A DNA stretch of 64,000 nt, from contig OZ316893.1 in assembly GCA_973895155.1 (NCBI GenBank), forward strand, positions 10,235,660-10,299,659, given 5' to 3'. The position numbers were made by a program, and so were the translations under genes. This DNA is from Marsupella aquatica. Its lineage: Eukaryota > Plantae > Marchantiophyta. The notes under the pieces were generated by a model. It was not told the origin of the DNA. It worked only from the letters and a program-made list of their open reading frames with translations, and did no database searches. Numbering within the stretch: position 1 is the first letter of the stretch; every line of letters begins with the position of its first letter. Positions 49,564-61,829 of this stretch are shown here, piece by piece.

Positions 49564-52500
49564 TTATTCGTTGTCAAGTAAGTATTGAACCCATTGGTCA
49601 ATTTTTCCTGCAGAACCGTACCATGGCCTTTTTGAATCATCTGCTCCAACAGGAGAGTGATATGCACCATCGAGACGAATATTTACAGCCCCCTCCAGAT
49701 AAGCAGATTCCTCTGGAACTACACCATCCCCCCAAACGTCTGACTTCCCACAAACCTGCCAGTCCAACAATATCAGCATCATCATAAAAACATGTTATTG
49801 AATATCCCTCCTGACATATTGTGAGTAGTGATGTTATGAGCAGTCGGCATTTCGATGCACAAAGAAATGGCTTTGGAAATGTAACAGAAGTTCAGCAGCT
49901 TTCCTAAATCACACTTACTGGTTATACAACCTTCATCACAAATACAGCTTTGGCCTTATCAATATTAGATTCAAGTGCTATTCTACTCATTTTGGAAGGT
50001 TGGGTCATTGTCTTGCAGTTACGGAACCATGTCGACGATGAAAACTATGGCATTGACTCTACTTCTGACACTGAGATATGACATCCAGGTTTGTTAACCA
50101 CAACTGCCCATATATAACGGGCAAGTGTCAAAGACTTCTCGCTTTTTCCACACTCCACTCACTTCTTTCCCAGTCTGCTCCACAATTTCGGGAAAAAATT
50201 TACTGTTAATAGTGATATTTGGATCCTACGGGTAACCCGTCTTGAAAGGCAGCTGTGCTTTAACTAAAATGTACGTCATAATATTTCTAGACATCTTTTC
50301 CAGGTTCAGAATTTCAAAGTCCAAGTCGCCATATTTGCAGGACAATTACACCTACTTACACTTTCAAGTCTAATTGTAGGACTTTCCTACAATTCATGCA
50401 GTCTCGTACAAGAATATGAATTTGAGGTTCATTGTGAACTTTGAAGAAACACACGAGCTCCTACGATCTCAAGGAAGAGCCTCTATGGTACCGTACGAGC
50501 ACACTTATTAAAACTATATCTGTCATGGAGAGTTATTAGGGAGAATGTAGCAGCAACGGGGCAGACAAGAGATGAGTTTGGTTCTCCAAGCAGCAGAGAG
50601 AAGCGTCTCAGGCTCATGAGCAGAAAGCTGGGCTGAGTAAGGGAGCTTAAGATACCTGCTTGTAGCCTGCCCCAATAATACGGTCGCGAAACGTGGGTCT
50701 GGATTTTGTCTGCTCTTCTGGTCGGACTTCTGCTAGGACCACTTCATTGACAAGCTTCTCTGCTTGACTGTTGTCATCTTCGGAAACCGCATGTACAAGA
50801 TCCTCTTCAATTGTGTTGTCTTTAGAAGCAACTTTTTCCAAATCAAGTGTTCCAGCCCCAGTTACAACTGTTAAGCCTTGGCCTTCGAAGGTTGTACCAG
50901 AACCTTGCACATACCTGCGTCCAAATAGTTCAAGAACATACAAATAAACTGACATGGCCGACACTCCAGGGTAGAATTCACTAAAACAGCATGAGTTCGA
51001 CTTGGACTACTATGAGGAGTGAGAAGGCAATTGATTCATTCGCACATGGTGTTAAATCTATTTAGATCATTGTACGTAGAAGCTGGACAGTTCCAATTCA
51101 CTTTCCACATGCATTCTCTCCTACTTATACAATATGAACAAACAGCTGAATCCAGACCTCTTCCTGTGTTCCCCTCCATGGTTCATTCCAGTATCCAGCA
51201 AATTGCAATACGACCCTCATATTTACGAAACGATCACCTCTACCCAATGGGTTCTCAATCAGACTCTGAACAGCAACCTACGTTGTTTCGTTTCTATTCC
51301 AAAAGACCATTAGTGAATTTTAAAGATAGCTAATTCTGTTGAAAGCAACGCATCAACATAGCTAGTTACTCTTGTGCATTTGCCGCCCACTTACACTACT
51401 TTTCTTGCTATTGGCGAGCTCTAATTTCATGATCCTACCTGGATCTAGTTTTGGCAAGCTTACATCATTGTCTCTGACCCCAATTGGGTTTTGCGGGCTT
51501 CAAATCCATTGACTCTTTCATTCTCATTCCCTTTTCTTTGGTTTTTTTTTTTGGCAAGGAATTGACCAACTCACCTGCCTGCAACACACACGTATTTCAC
51601 ATTAGGTGCATGATATGCTCCCGGACAATTCTCGTCCACATGGTAAAGTAGACCCCTTGACTGGTCGAAGACTCCAGGTACTCCCTTTGGTGGGGGCCTG
51701 CGTAAACGAACAAAAGCAGTGAGAACCTATGCGTAGAGCAAGCCTTTTATACTGGGAAAACTTTGCAAACTTCTGATCTCTTAAGTTGCGCAGGGTAAGA
51801 TAAAATGCTTACAAGTGAGGAGTTCCGAGAGTAAGAAGCATGGCAATGTCTTCGGTACCGAACTCGGCCAAGTACACTCGGGCCAACCACCCTCCAGCTG
51901 AGTGTCCAATCAATGACACTTGTCGATCTGGTACATCAGACATGTTTCTCGTCAGAACTAGTTGATAGTCTATGAACAAAACCCAACGGAGCTATACGTT
52001 AAAGAGAATTCACAAGTCCAACAGGGACTCAACTTACTAGGAGCTCCAACTTTGGCAGTTTCAATGGCTGTCTTTACTCTATCCAGATACCTGGAACAAG
52101 TTTTAACAAGTATCGATCAGCTTACACCCAAACTTGCTGCTGCTGTAATCAAAGACTATCGAGTGAAAAACCCTGACTAGCTAAGATATTAAGGAGCAAA
52201 AACTTGAAATGATCATGGACCTCACCAGTTGAGCACAGGCCTAGGACGAAGTCTGCCTCTCCAGTAATCCCCGTCAAGCAATCCAGCAGCGTTTCGCAAC
52301 CAATCCACGCGAGCCACTTTCACCACAGTACAGGCCACCTCCAGAGCCTCCAGCGATTGGACAAGGACGTCATAGTCAGCCGAATTATTTCCCAAACCCT
52401 GAAACCATCGATCAACATCAGACAACCGTGTCAATGACGATTCTCGGCCCCAATAATCAAACCAATCATCATTATCTGGACAAGCGCTTTAGCGACCCTA

Positions 52501-53109
52501 GGACAGGAGTATAACAAATGGGCCCAAGAAGAAACTCCAATGTCCTAAATGTGAGCTATTCGCAGATTGGCTAGAACGTTGTTACACAGTTGGAATGGAT
52601 AATGTTGTGGTCCATTGAACTTTCGAGCCGGTTGACAAAGTTGCATTAAATTGATTTTAAAGTTCCGCGTATTAAGTGTGTTTCTCTCGAGGTTTGTGTC
52701 AGTATGAAACGGGGACCGGGTGGGCCACTAGGGGGCAGTTTAGGTGGCAGGCAGAAAAAAAGCACAAGAGTTTCACGGCGAAACTATTTACCGGCAAAAT
52801 CACGACAGGGCGATAGAGCTTAGCTACTCGAGCAAGCAGGCCTGGGTCGATCGTGTCCTCGCAGGGCTCTTCACTGAATGACAACGGTGCTGACGAACGA
52901 GAGGATTGAGCCAATGTAATCAGTCTCCCGGGGCTCCTTCTGACCTGGAATTGCTGCAAAGAAACCTTCTTGTCTCTGAGCTCACCGTTTCTCACAATGC
53001 AGGGAACCTGTCCGCTGAAGACTCCGAATCCTGGGACTCGAGAAAGGCCCAATGGGCGAGCAGGAGAAGAAGAGAAGGATAAAGTCCCCACACCTTGTAG
53101 TAGAACCAT
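49564..53109 (-). CDS. Alpha/beta-hydrolase, PGAP1/lipase-like (GHSAG nucleophile), probably plastid-targeted, 7 exons
   Basis: Exons approx. 53109-52792, 52398-52226, 52090-52038, 51927-51813, 51697-51576, 50914-50656, 49758-49564. Motifs RPVVILPGLGNN, VARVDWLRNAAGLLD, LIGHSAGGWLARVYL, LTLGTPH, GYKQVCG, WGDGVVPE, YHSPVG, RPWYGS. Ser/Arg-rich N-terminus. Confidence 0.9.
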
Positions 53110-53269
53110 TGCTCTGGCGTGTTGCAAAGCAACAACAGAGCTTCTAGTGGGTGATTTCACAATGCTCTGGCGTGTGGCAAAGAGGCAACAAAGCTTCTGG
53201 TGGGTGAATTCACACTGCTCTGGCGTGTTTGCACAGTAGCGACAGAGCTTCTGTTGGGAGAATTCACAA
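53110..53269. repeat. Three tandem 53-54-bp units abutting the hydrolase start codon
   Basis: TGCTCTGGCGTGT...AGCTTCT(A/G)...GG(T/A)GA(T/A)TTCACA at 53110, 53163 and 53216. Confidence 0.85.
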
Positions 53270-54641
53270 TGCAGAATTCACAATACAAACACAATGCCTA
53301 CAGGACGAGGACCCCGATTGCAAAGCTTTGTGTGCAGGTGATGGCAGATGCAATGCCGCCCACCACCATAGCTGGTAGCAAGCACCCATGCACTGAAGTT
53401 GAAGTCCCGAGTGAAAGTCAGTGGAGCATAATCTCCCAGGTGGGCCAGTACCGTCAATTCGAGAGGTTGGGTTTGGATTTAAAGCATCACGTGAGGACCT
53501 TATTAGGGGCAGCTTAATTTGTAATGTTCTTTCTTGTTAGGCAGGATGCACCTTGTGTCATTAAATTTTTCTAAATTGTTCCCTTGTTAGCCAGGAGGCC
53601 ATTGTGTCAATGAGAAGATGCTTGGATGTTCCATATCTGATTTTCAGACCTCCCTTGATTTTGAGGATAACCATTTTTCTCTAATAAGCAGCCTGATGTT
53701 CATGGTTATTCCTTTACTGCACGAGAATCTTAGGGATATTCTTATCTGATTCTCCTGGATTCTGTTCTCATGGTTAGATCTCCTTAGATTTAAGGAGGGT
53801 AGTTTGATCCTAGCAAATGGGGTCTGTGGGTAGGTGGAAAACTGGCTAATGTGAAACAGAAAACCTAGCAGATTTTTGTCAAAATTGGCAAAATCTTTTT
53901 GGAGAGATAAAGCCTAGCAAAGTTTTGCCACTAAAAAAACCCCTGCTAATGGGATCTGTGGTTCAGCCAATAAAAACATTGCATTGAGTAGAGGGGCTTT
54001 ACAAGAACTGTTCTCTTTTATTCTAAGTCTGAGATGCATGTATGAATGAAACTGCTATATGGTGAATTCATCTTCCAGTATTTTGTCTTATTCAAACTTC
54101 TTTTCTTGTGTATTTTAATTCAATGTGTCTTACCAAGGTGCATCCCTTGTATACTTTAGATTTTGAATTTAATCTGGCACCCCTCTAAATTTTTCAATCT
54201 TTGCTATACTTTTGATCATCCACCCTTTAACAAAGCTCACGAAAGTTCTAGTCTTTATTCTGATGAGTGAAGAAGAAATGATCTAATTGAAGTGCACTCC
54301 TCATGTCTTTAAGTTCTACTCATGGTTTTGTGTCCTAAATTTATGATTTTAATTCATTTGAATATCATTGCTTAAGATAAGTACATAAGTATCTTTACTG
54401 GTGTATAGTATGTGCAGAACCCAATACCATAGACTTAAATTTGTCCTGTTCATTATTACTTTTCTTTACATGTGTACTTTTACTCTTGTATCTTAGGGTG
54501 GCTTTACAAGACGTCGGGGGCAGTTCCTTCACTTTTCTGACATCCAAGATCCAATCCGGGCCATCCATTGGGGAGATAGTGCTGGAGTTCACTTTAGAAA
54601 ACGTCGGGGGCAGTTTTGCTCATTGATTCTGCCGATCCTAC

Positions 54642-57444
54642 ATGGACTTCAGTGGGGCCCAACTTTTGCCGACGTGGAGCTCTTTTTTGTCCAGAATTTT
54701 AGACCGAGGCCACCTCGGTTGGAGGTCCCTTCATCCGGCCGCTTGGTCCATTCTTATTATGGGCAGTTTTCAACAAATGCGGACCCACAGGAACCGTGGG
54801 TTTCGCCGTTGCAAGATGGCGGGCATGAGCGAGAGGGACGGTGCGGGAGAGTTTGCAATTTCAAACCTTTGCGTCGAATTTGTAGGACTTGAAAAAATGG
54901 GCGCCAGTGATGCTACTTCCCAGAGCTCTCTTTTCTCAGCAGACATTGCTTGCTCGTCAGATTGCTCAAGCTCTCAGAATTCTTTCAGGTCAATCCGCAC
55001 ATTTCTGTCTAAGGAGATGGAGCACTCTGCTTTCCAGGCTTGGCAACAAAGTCGTCACTTACAGAGAATGGACTTTACACACAACACAGATTCGCAATCA
55101 ACATACGGGTATCAAGGAGGTGACTCCTCTCTACCAGGAACGTCAACAGATTTCTTCTCCAATGAGGAGTTTGAAAGGGCATTGAATGAAACACCTTACC
55201 CAGCTCGTTCGATTCATCATGCTAATGGGCACCGTGGGCAATCCTTTGAATCATCTCCCTTTGCTTCTCAGCCTCTTCCCCTTGCTCCACAGATGCCGAT
55301 TGCCATGGGGCCTGGACAAGAAACTGTGACCAAGAAGAGGGCAGCCAAGAAGCCCCCTGCAAAGAAAGGCAAAAAGACTCAAAAAGTGGTGCAGCTCAGC
55401 GACGAAGACGAAGAAGGGGAGGATAGCAGTTCTTCACTACGCTGGTTAGACCCAGAGGTCATCCAACTCATTGCTTTCCGTGGGGAGATGGATGACGAAT
55501 TTGAAAGGAATGCCAAAAAACAAGGTAATTGTTTTTCGATTCCTGTCTTGTCCAGGATTGCAATCAATCATCAATCATGTGAGTTGCCTTTACGTTGCCT
55601 TTACGTCTACTCACTCAGCAAGCTCTATTTGCATTTTCGTTTTGCTTAGTTGCTTCAGTCACAGCGACCGGTGTAGTTTCATTCTTCAATGTGCATTTTC
55701 AATTTCTGAATCAATCCGTTTTCAGCTCCGCCTTTCAACTCATTTTCCATATCTGTTTTGCAAACACGATTCAGTATCGGCAGACTACTGCAATGCTGTT
55801 TTTAAGTTTTACATTTGTCATTTTGTCTGGTCAATTTTTGTTTGAATCTGTTGTCAACTTTGTGTCTATTTTCGTTTTACAAGCTTGCCTCAGTAGCAGT
55901 AGACAGGTGCAATTTCGTTGTTCAGTTCCATTTGTCAATTTGTTTTGCCATTTGTTGTTTCAATATCTGGCTGTACCGGTAGACCAGTTCAGATTCGTTT
56001 CTCTGTTTCATTTTGCACTTGGTTTGTTTTGCTGTTCGTTTACTCAGTTTCTATTTCTATCCGTTCTCAGCTTCGTTTTTCAATAGGTTTCAATTGCTAT
56101 TTCGCAAACCTGCTTCAATTCTCAAATTCGTTTTTCAATTCGTTTTGCAATTTCGTTTTGCAAAATTGCTTCAGTACCAGCAGACCTGCACACATTTGTT
56201 TCGTGCTTTCAATTCCAAATTTGTGAACATTGTCAATTTCTGTTTCTAGACTAGTGCAGCTTTCTTTTTCAATTGGTTTTCGTTTTTGTTTTGAAAATTT
56301 GCTTAAGTTCTCATTTCTCATATTGCTTTCCATGTTTATTTTGCAAACCTGCTTCAGTTTGGGCAGACAAGTGCGGATTTGTTTCTCTGTTTCAAGTTGC
56401 AATTTGTTTTCCAATTGCATTTCTCAGTTTCTGTTTCTATCTGTTCTGAGCAGCTTCATTTTTTCAATAGGTTTAAATTTGTATTTTGCAAACCTGCTTC
56501 AGTTCTCAGCTTCGTTTTACAATTTCGTTTTGCAAACTTGCTTCAGTATTGGCAGACTGGTATAGATTCATTTCCTGGTTTCAATTTGCAATTGGTTCTA
56601 TAATTTTTTGTTTCTGACTGATGCAACTTCGTTTTTCAATTGATTTTCATTTTCGTTTCAAGGTTTGGTTTCCATTTTGTTTTGCAGTTTGGTTTCCATT
56701 TTTGTTTTGCAGTTTCGTTTCCATTTTCGTTTTGCATTTTCGTTTTGCATTTTGTTTGCTAACTTGATTCAGTAGCGCCACACTATAGCTAGTGCAGATT
56801 CATTTTGCAGTTCCATCTTGCAATTCATTTTTTCTGATTTGTTTTTTCCGATTCCTATGACCACGAATTTTCTTTATGAAATTTGAAAGGTTCCCATGGT
56901 CTATGATGGTTTTACAGGTTCAGCTATGTGGGACAAACTACAGGCAAAAATGGTTGTGGCTTGTGAAGGGTTCTCGAAGTCACAAGAGGCTTGCAGGAAG
57001 AAGTGGAAAACAATTTATCGACAGTACTGCACTGACAAGCGCATTCTCAGCATTTCTGGAGAAGGAAGGAAAATATCTTGCAAATTCTTTGATGAGATTG
57101 ACCAGGGGTTCAATAATCGTGCCAATGTTCGAAAGCTCACACATGGAGATGCACATGGCAGTTCAAATCCTTGCCCTGTTGATGGCGCCCTTGATATTGG
57201 GGACCTACTTGCCTCACAGGAGGTGGGAAAACCTACTTGTTCAGACCAAGGTAGTGTGCCCACTCCTGATAGTAGCTCTCCTCAATCCAGCAAATTGCCA
57301 AAGAAGAGCAATGGGGATATACTCACTTCTGCTATTACTGACATGGTCACTCATACGGGTAGCATAGCTATTGATATTCATAAGACAACTAATGTTCTAG
57401 AAGTGCTCCGGTCAGATATTAGAAGCCTAATTGACAAACTGTAA
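54642..57444 (+). CDS. Harbinger Myb/SANT-like (trihelix) DNA-binding protein, 2 coding exons
   Basis: Exon 1 ends 55524 (RWLDPEVIQLIAFRGEMDDEFERNAKKQG|GTAATT), intron 55525-56917, exon 2 56918-57444 (GSAMWDKLQAKM...KSQEACRKKWKTIYRQY...CKFFDEID). NLS-like KKRAAKKPPAKKGKK. True start may be a downstream ATG. Confidence 0.85.
55580..56830 (+). repeat. Degenerate array of CAATTTCGTTTTGCA-type motifs filling the Myb-gene intron
   Basis: Many variants of TTTCGTTTTGCA / GCAAACCTGCTTCAGT / TTTGTTTC; strongly T-rich. Explains the F/L/S-rich spurious ORFs here. Confidence 0.85.
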
Positions 57445-57861
57445 TTGTGGTGCAGGCAATTGGCGTTATTATGTTTATTCTTTAAGTGATAAGGTAGTTG
57501 AAGTCAATTGGGACAATTCTCCCAAGACTTGGACTGTAGATCGCTCCAAAACATATCCACCTTTGTACTATCCACCTGAATTTTTCACTCGAGACCAGAG
57601 TGATCCTGAAGTGATTGATTAGGTTAAGCAAAATCTGTTTTTATATTAAAGGCAGACAACCTCTCAATTTGCTTAGCATTGCTACAATGTTAAGTCTATA
57701 CCAAGCACAGAATGTTCAAAAAGACAAATGATCTGTAACGTGACCATACTTTTCTGAAGCAACTTCTCAAAATGAGTATCTCACATTGTCACAAGCTGTG
57801 AGCCGGGTCTTGTATGTCAAATGATTCTATTTTCAGAATCACCAGATTTCTACAATTTCCC

Positions 57862-59280
57862 TTACTCACCTGCCATACTAGAATCATCTGAGTGCTCTTC
57901 ATAGAAACCATGTGGCATTTCCACATTTTCACGCAAATGGCGAGCAAACAAGGTCTTGGCCAACTCCCAATGCATTGTCACCCCTACTTTCAAAGCTGCA
58001 ACGCTGCTTTCCTCAACCAGTTGTACCTCATCATGGTCATCCTGGTTTGCTAAGCCAGTCACTCTAACAAGCTCATCTACATCAATGGTAACTCTACTAA
58101 CTTCATCTTTTCCATAGTCAAAAATTTTCATGGTCCCTGCATGTCTTAAGTCCCCGAAGCTCTGAATCTGCTGATCCATTAGCCACTTTTTGGCTTCCTC
58201 TACCAGTGACTCATCCACAAAGTCCTTGTGCATAACACACAAGTTATGCAAACAGATGCAAGCTCCAACTAGATCAGCCACATGATCCAATCTCATTTCA
58301 ATGCGACGCAATAAAATCCGCCATCGTCCTTTCAAGACCCCAAATGCACGTTCTACACACATTCTTGTCGAACTTTGGATGAAGTTCCAATGGGCTCTCA
58401 CAGGGTCAAGTTGCTCTTTTGATCCTTTGAAAGGAACATACATGCAGGTCCTGAAGGGATAGGCTGCATCACCAATAAGCTTATACGGCAGGTAATCCCC
58501 ACGAATTGTTTTCATTCCAACCCATGAGTTAACAAAGAGAGTATAATCATGAAGCGAGCCTGCCCAACCAAAATCCCAGTCCCAAAAAGTTGTTTCTGTG
58601 TCCACAATTCCCTGCAACAAAGCCGAATAAAATCCCTTCCTGTTATAGAAGGGTGCAGGGTCACCAGACGGTGCAATGATGGGGATATGGGAGCCATCAA
58701 TGGCTCCCATGATGAAAGGTATACCGTGCTTTTGCTCAAACTTGGTTGCTATCCGAGAGAGTGATTCCTTTGTGAATCTCGGAACAACAAGAGGGCGAAT
58801 GCAATTTTTTACTGCCTGGCAAAAGTCTCGCACAACAACACTTGCCAAAGCTTCACTCATACCAAATAGGTCAGCACAACCTAACAAGTAATTCCCAGTT
58901 CCCAATCTGTTCAGACACAAGGCAACTTTCTTTTCTAGGGCAATTGGACCCCCCCGGTTTGATTTATTCTGCATATCCGGGGCAACAAGGGAACAAATGT
59001 AGTAAAAAGTAGTACGTTTGACACGTAATCTTCGCGTGAACTCTTTCTCAGAGTGGGAACTAAGGAGACTTCTGTCCACAAATGGAGACTCTCGATCTAT
59101 TCTCCAAATAGATCGATCTTGCAGCCGTAGCACACGTCGAGGGCCTGAAACAAAGTGAAGCAGGTTGATGAAGTTCATGACTGTCACCAACGCAGCTTGT
59201 TGAGCCTGAATGACCTTCACAATGATGACTTCCAACACCAAGAGGAGACAAACAATCATAACAATTTTCTTCCTCCTCAT
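57862..59280 (-). CDS. Harbinger/PIF DDE transposase (HARBI1-like, DDE_Tnp_4), 472 aa, uninterrupted
   Basis: EFTRRLRVKRTTFYYIC, helix-turn-helix region, GAIDGSHIPI, FYNRKGFYS, GWAGSLHD, LIGDAAYP, NFIQSSTRMCVERAFGVLKGRWRIL, ACICLHN. Confidence 0.96.
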   Translation of the reverse strand: MRRKKIVMIVCLLLVLEVIIVKVIQAQQAALVTVMNFINLLHFVSGPRRVLRLQDRSIWRIDRESPFVDRSLLSSHSEKEFTRRLRVKRTTFYYICSLVAPDMQNKSNRGGPIALEKKVALCLNRLGTGNYLLGCADLFGMSEALASVVVRDFCQAVKNCIRPLVVPRFTKESLSRIATKFEQKHGIPFIMGAIDGSHIPIIAPSGDPAPFYNRKGFYSALLQGIVDTETTFWDWDFGWAGSLHDYTLFVNSWVGMKTIRGDYLPYKLIGDAAYPFRTCMYVPFKGSKEQLDPVRAHWNFIQSSTRMCVERAFGVLKGRWRILLRRIEMRLDHVADLVGACICLHNLCVMHKDFVDESLVEEAKKWLMDQQIQSFGDLRHAGTMKIFDYGKDEVSRVTIDVDELVRVTGLANQDDHDEVQLVEESSVAALKVGVTMHWELAKTLFARHLRENVEMPHGFYEEHSDDSSMAGE

Positions 59281-59384
59281 GCCAGCCTGCGATATATTCC
59301 AGACAGAGAAGAATTAACATTAAGAACCTATAAAATGGGCAGTCAACAGGGATTGGAGATTCTTTCATGCTCCACTCACAACTG

Positions 59385-59655
59385 AGCAATTTCGTTTTGC
59401 AGATTCGTGCAACAATTTTGTTTCGCAGATTTGTGCAATTTCGTTTTACAAAATCTTGCAATTTCGTTTTGCAGATTCGTGCTACAAGTTCATTTTGCAG
59501 ATTCGTGCAATTTTTTTTACTGTGTGCTGCAACTTTATTTTACAGGACTAAGGAGATTTTGTGCTGAGCAATTTCGTTTTGCAGGTTCAATGTACACGAA
59601 ATTGTCTGCGTGCCTGCAATTTCGTTTTTCAAAACTCTGCAATTTCGTTTTCAAA
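59385..59655 (+). repeat. Second GCAATTTCGTTTTGCAG array, upstream of the transposase ATG
   Basis: About 8 copies of GCAATTTCGTTTT(GC)A and GATTCGTGC. Confidence 0.85.
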
Positions 59656-61829
59656 ACTTGACGCCATGTTGCAATGAATCAAATCAATCAACAAATGAAA
59701 TGCAAAACTGAGACTCAAGAAGTGCTGCTTAGTCTTCAGACTAAGATCGAATTCTGAAGTAATTCGATATTGCTTTGAACCGAATCAAATTCAATCACAA
59801 ACTCTGACCTCTGTCTCAGCATTCTCGACCCCAGATTGCAATGCTTCATGCTGATTTTTGTTTCGCAATGGTCCATGTTGATTTTCTTCTTGATCAATGA
59901 GACTGGAATCTTCCTGGCTCCCCATTCCGTGTGCTTCCTGGCTCCCCATTCCGTGTGTGATTTGGCTCCGCATTCCGTCTCTGTTCAGTAGCAATTTTAG
60001 AGTTTGATATGTAAGCAAGAGCCAAGCTGAGACCAAGTTGTGAAATGGTGGGGCTGACAGGACCGCTGATTAGAAGTGAGCAGTGTGCCCCCAGATCCAT
60101 TCCCGCCAGCATTAGCCAAAGATTCAGGTGGAGTGGGTCCCAAGTTTGTCTTCTAGTCAATGATTCTAGCTACATTGGCCAGAGTTCCCTTTACAAGACG
60201 TTGGGGGCAATAAAAGTCTTCTAAATTCTCTATTAGCCCCGGTATACTGTTTTTAGCATGTGAAACTGCTGCTGGCTCAGCTTTGGTAGAAAAGGAAGCG
60301 AACGCCCCCGACGTCTTGTAAAGTGCCCCTTATGTGCACAACTTTTCAATGTCAGGTTTCCTAATCAATGTCCTATTTATATTTGCCACAAAAAAATTAG
60401 ATCACCTGTATTTCACTAAAAAACTTAAACTTTTTACTAGAGGACAAAATAACTTTTCATGTTCCAGGATGAGTATGCTATATGATCAGGCCCAACTTCA
60501 TTTCACTTGAATTTTGGGGACATAATCTGGCAAAGCCATTGCTGGTTCTAGTGACGTGCTAGTGGGTCCTGATCAAAAACTTGGGGGGACTTTACAAGAA
60601 CTTGGGCACAAATGTTACTAACCCACTGCAAAAAATGTGATTTCAACTGTATACACTAACTGACCAGTCAAAATGTGTCATATTTGGAAAAAATTAATGC
60701 AAGACCCTGAACAGACAAAACTCAACCAAACAATGATTATTCCAGTGATGGCGATTGATTGTACTGCACATCCTGTGAAAAGCACAAAAGAAGCACAAAG
60801 AAATTATTTTGGTAGTTTAGGTAAGCCATGGTGTCTAAGGTGTTATGGACCTTCATTCAAGTACTGATGCTCAGCTAAGTTTTTTAACATAGGAAACATG
60901 GCAGATTAATTTAGGAGCATTGGGATGAGCATATTGGCTGACTCCATTTACAGGTTCACGGATGGGCAACCTCAAAATTAGTGTTCATTAATAATGAGCT
61001 AGTAACTCCTAAGGGGTGTCACAAATGCTTGTCACAAATTAATGATGACAAACACTACAGTCCAGTATCAATGCTATTTAATTACTCATGGCCTCAATTA
61101 ATAATTAAGCCAGGTGTTATTTCAAGGTTAATAGACGAGGAATCATGAATTAAATTACTACTGACTATGCTCCGAGTTGTGTTATGCGCTCCTATTTGAT
61201 CCATGGGGCCATCGGTTATCCTACTCCATGACGATTAAAGGGTGTCACACATTCTTATCACAAATCCTGACAAACACCAAACTCCCAAAGGGTGTCACAA
61301 ATGCCAAACCTATAAGATCCTGACAACAATGGTAGCATTAACTATTTAATTCTATATCTAGACTCTGTGGACATCATCTCCTCTGCATGATGTCAGTTAG
61401 ACAAGATTTTTGTGTTGTCAAGATTGTTATGTTGTCATACATGACTGAAAGCACATAGCAGGATAGTAAGCACAACGTCACCCACAGAGTTCCTTGTATT
61501 GTAGGAGCATAAGAACTCATGACACATAAATTCTCTAGCTCTAGAAATATTTTGATCTGGGCGGATGACACCTTTAATCTCATTTACAGGACTAGTTATT
61601 GGTGTTATGACATATCTATCCCAAGGTGCTTGAACTTGTCCCATATTTGGCCAAGGCTTCTAATTGGTGACCCTTTAATTGATCGGCTTCCCGCACTAAT
61701 TGGTAACCCAGATTAACCATTAGGTGGAAAACAGTGGACCCACCACCACCCTTTGTCCTAGATTTCTTGGATTAAAGAAACAAAAAAACACTATAGGTCT
61801 ACCAACAAGGCTAACAGAAGACCAGAAAT

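Larger units (their letters stand above)
54496..60329. mobile_element. PIF/Harbinger DNA transposon, 5834 bp, apparently autonomous
   Basis: 26-bp TIRs GGGTGGCTTTACAAGACGTCGGGGGC / GGGGCACTTTACAAGACGTCGGGGGC (inner 20 bp identical), target-site duplication TTA (54493-54495 and 60330-60332), subterminal TIR-like copies at about 54591 and 60188. Encodes a DDE transposase and a Myb/SANT protein. Confidence 0.96.

Noticed and set aside
53110-53269. Regularly spaced repeats suggestive of a CRISPR array (also 59385-59655)
   Set aside because: Eukaryotic context, no unique spacers and no cas genes; these are ordinary tandem repeats.
55471-56603. Several 75-165-aa F/L/S-rich ORFs that look like membrane proteins
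   Set aside because: They are translations of the T-rich repeat array in the Myb-gene intron.
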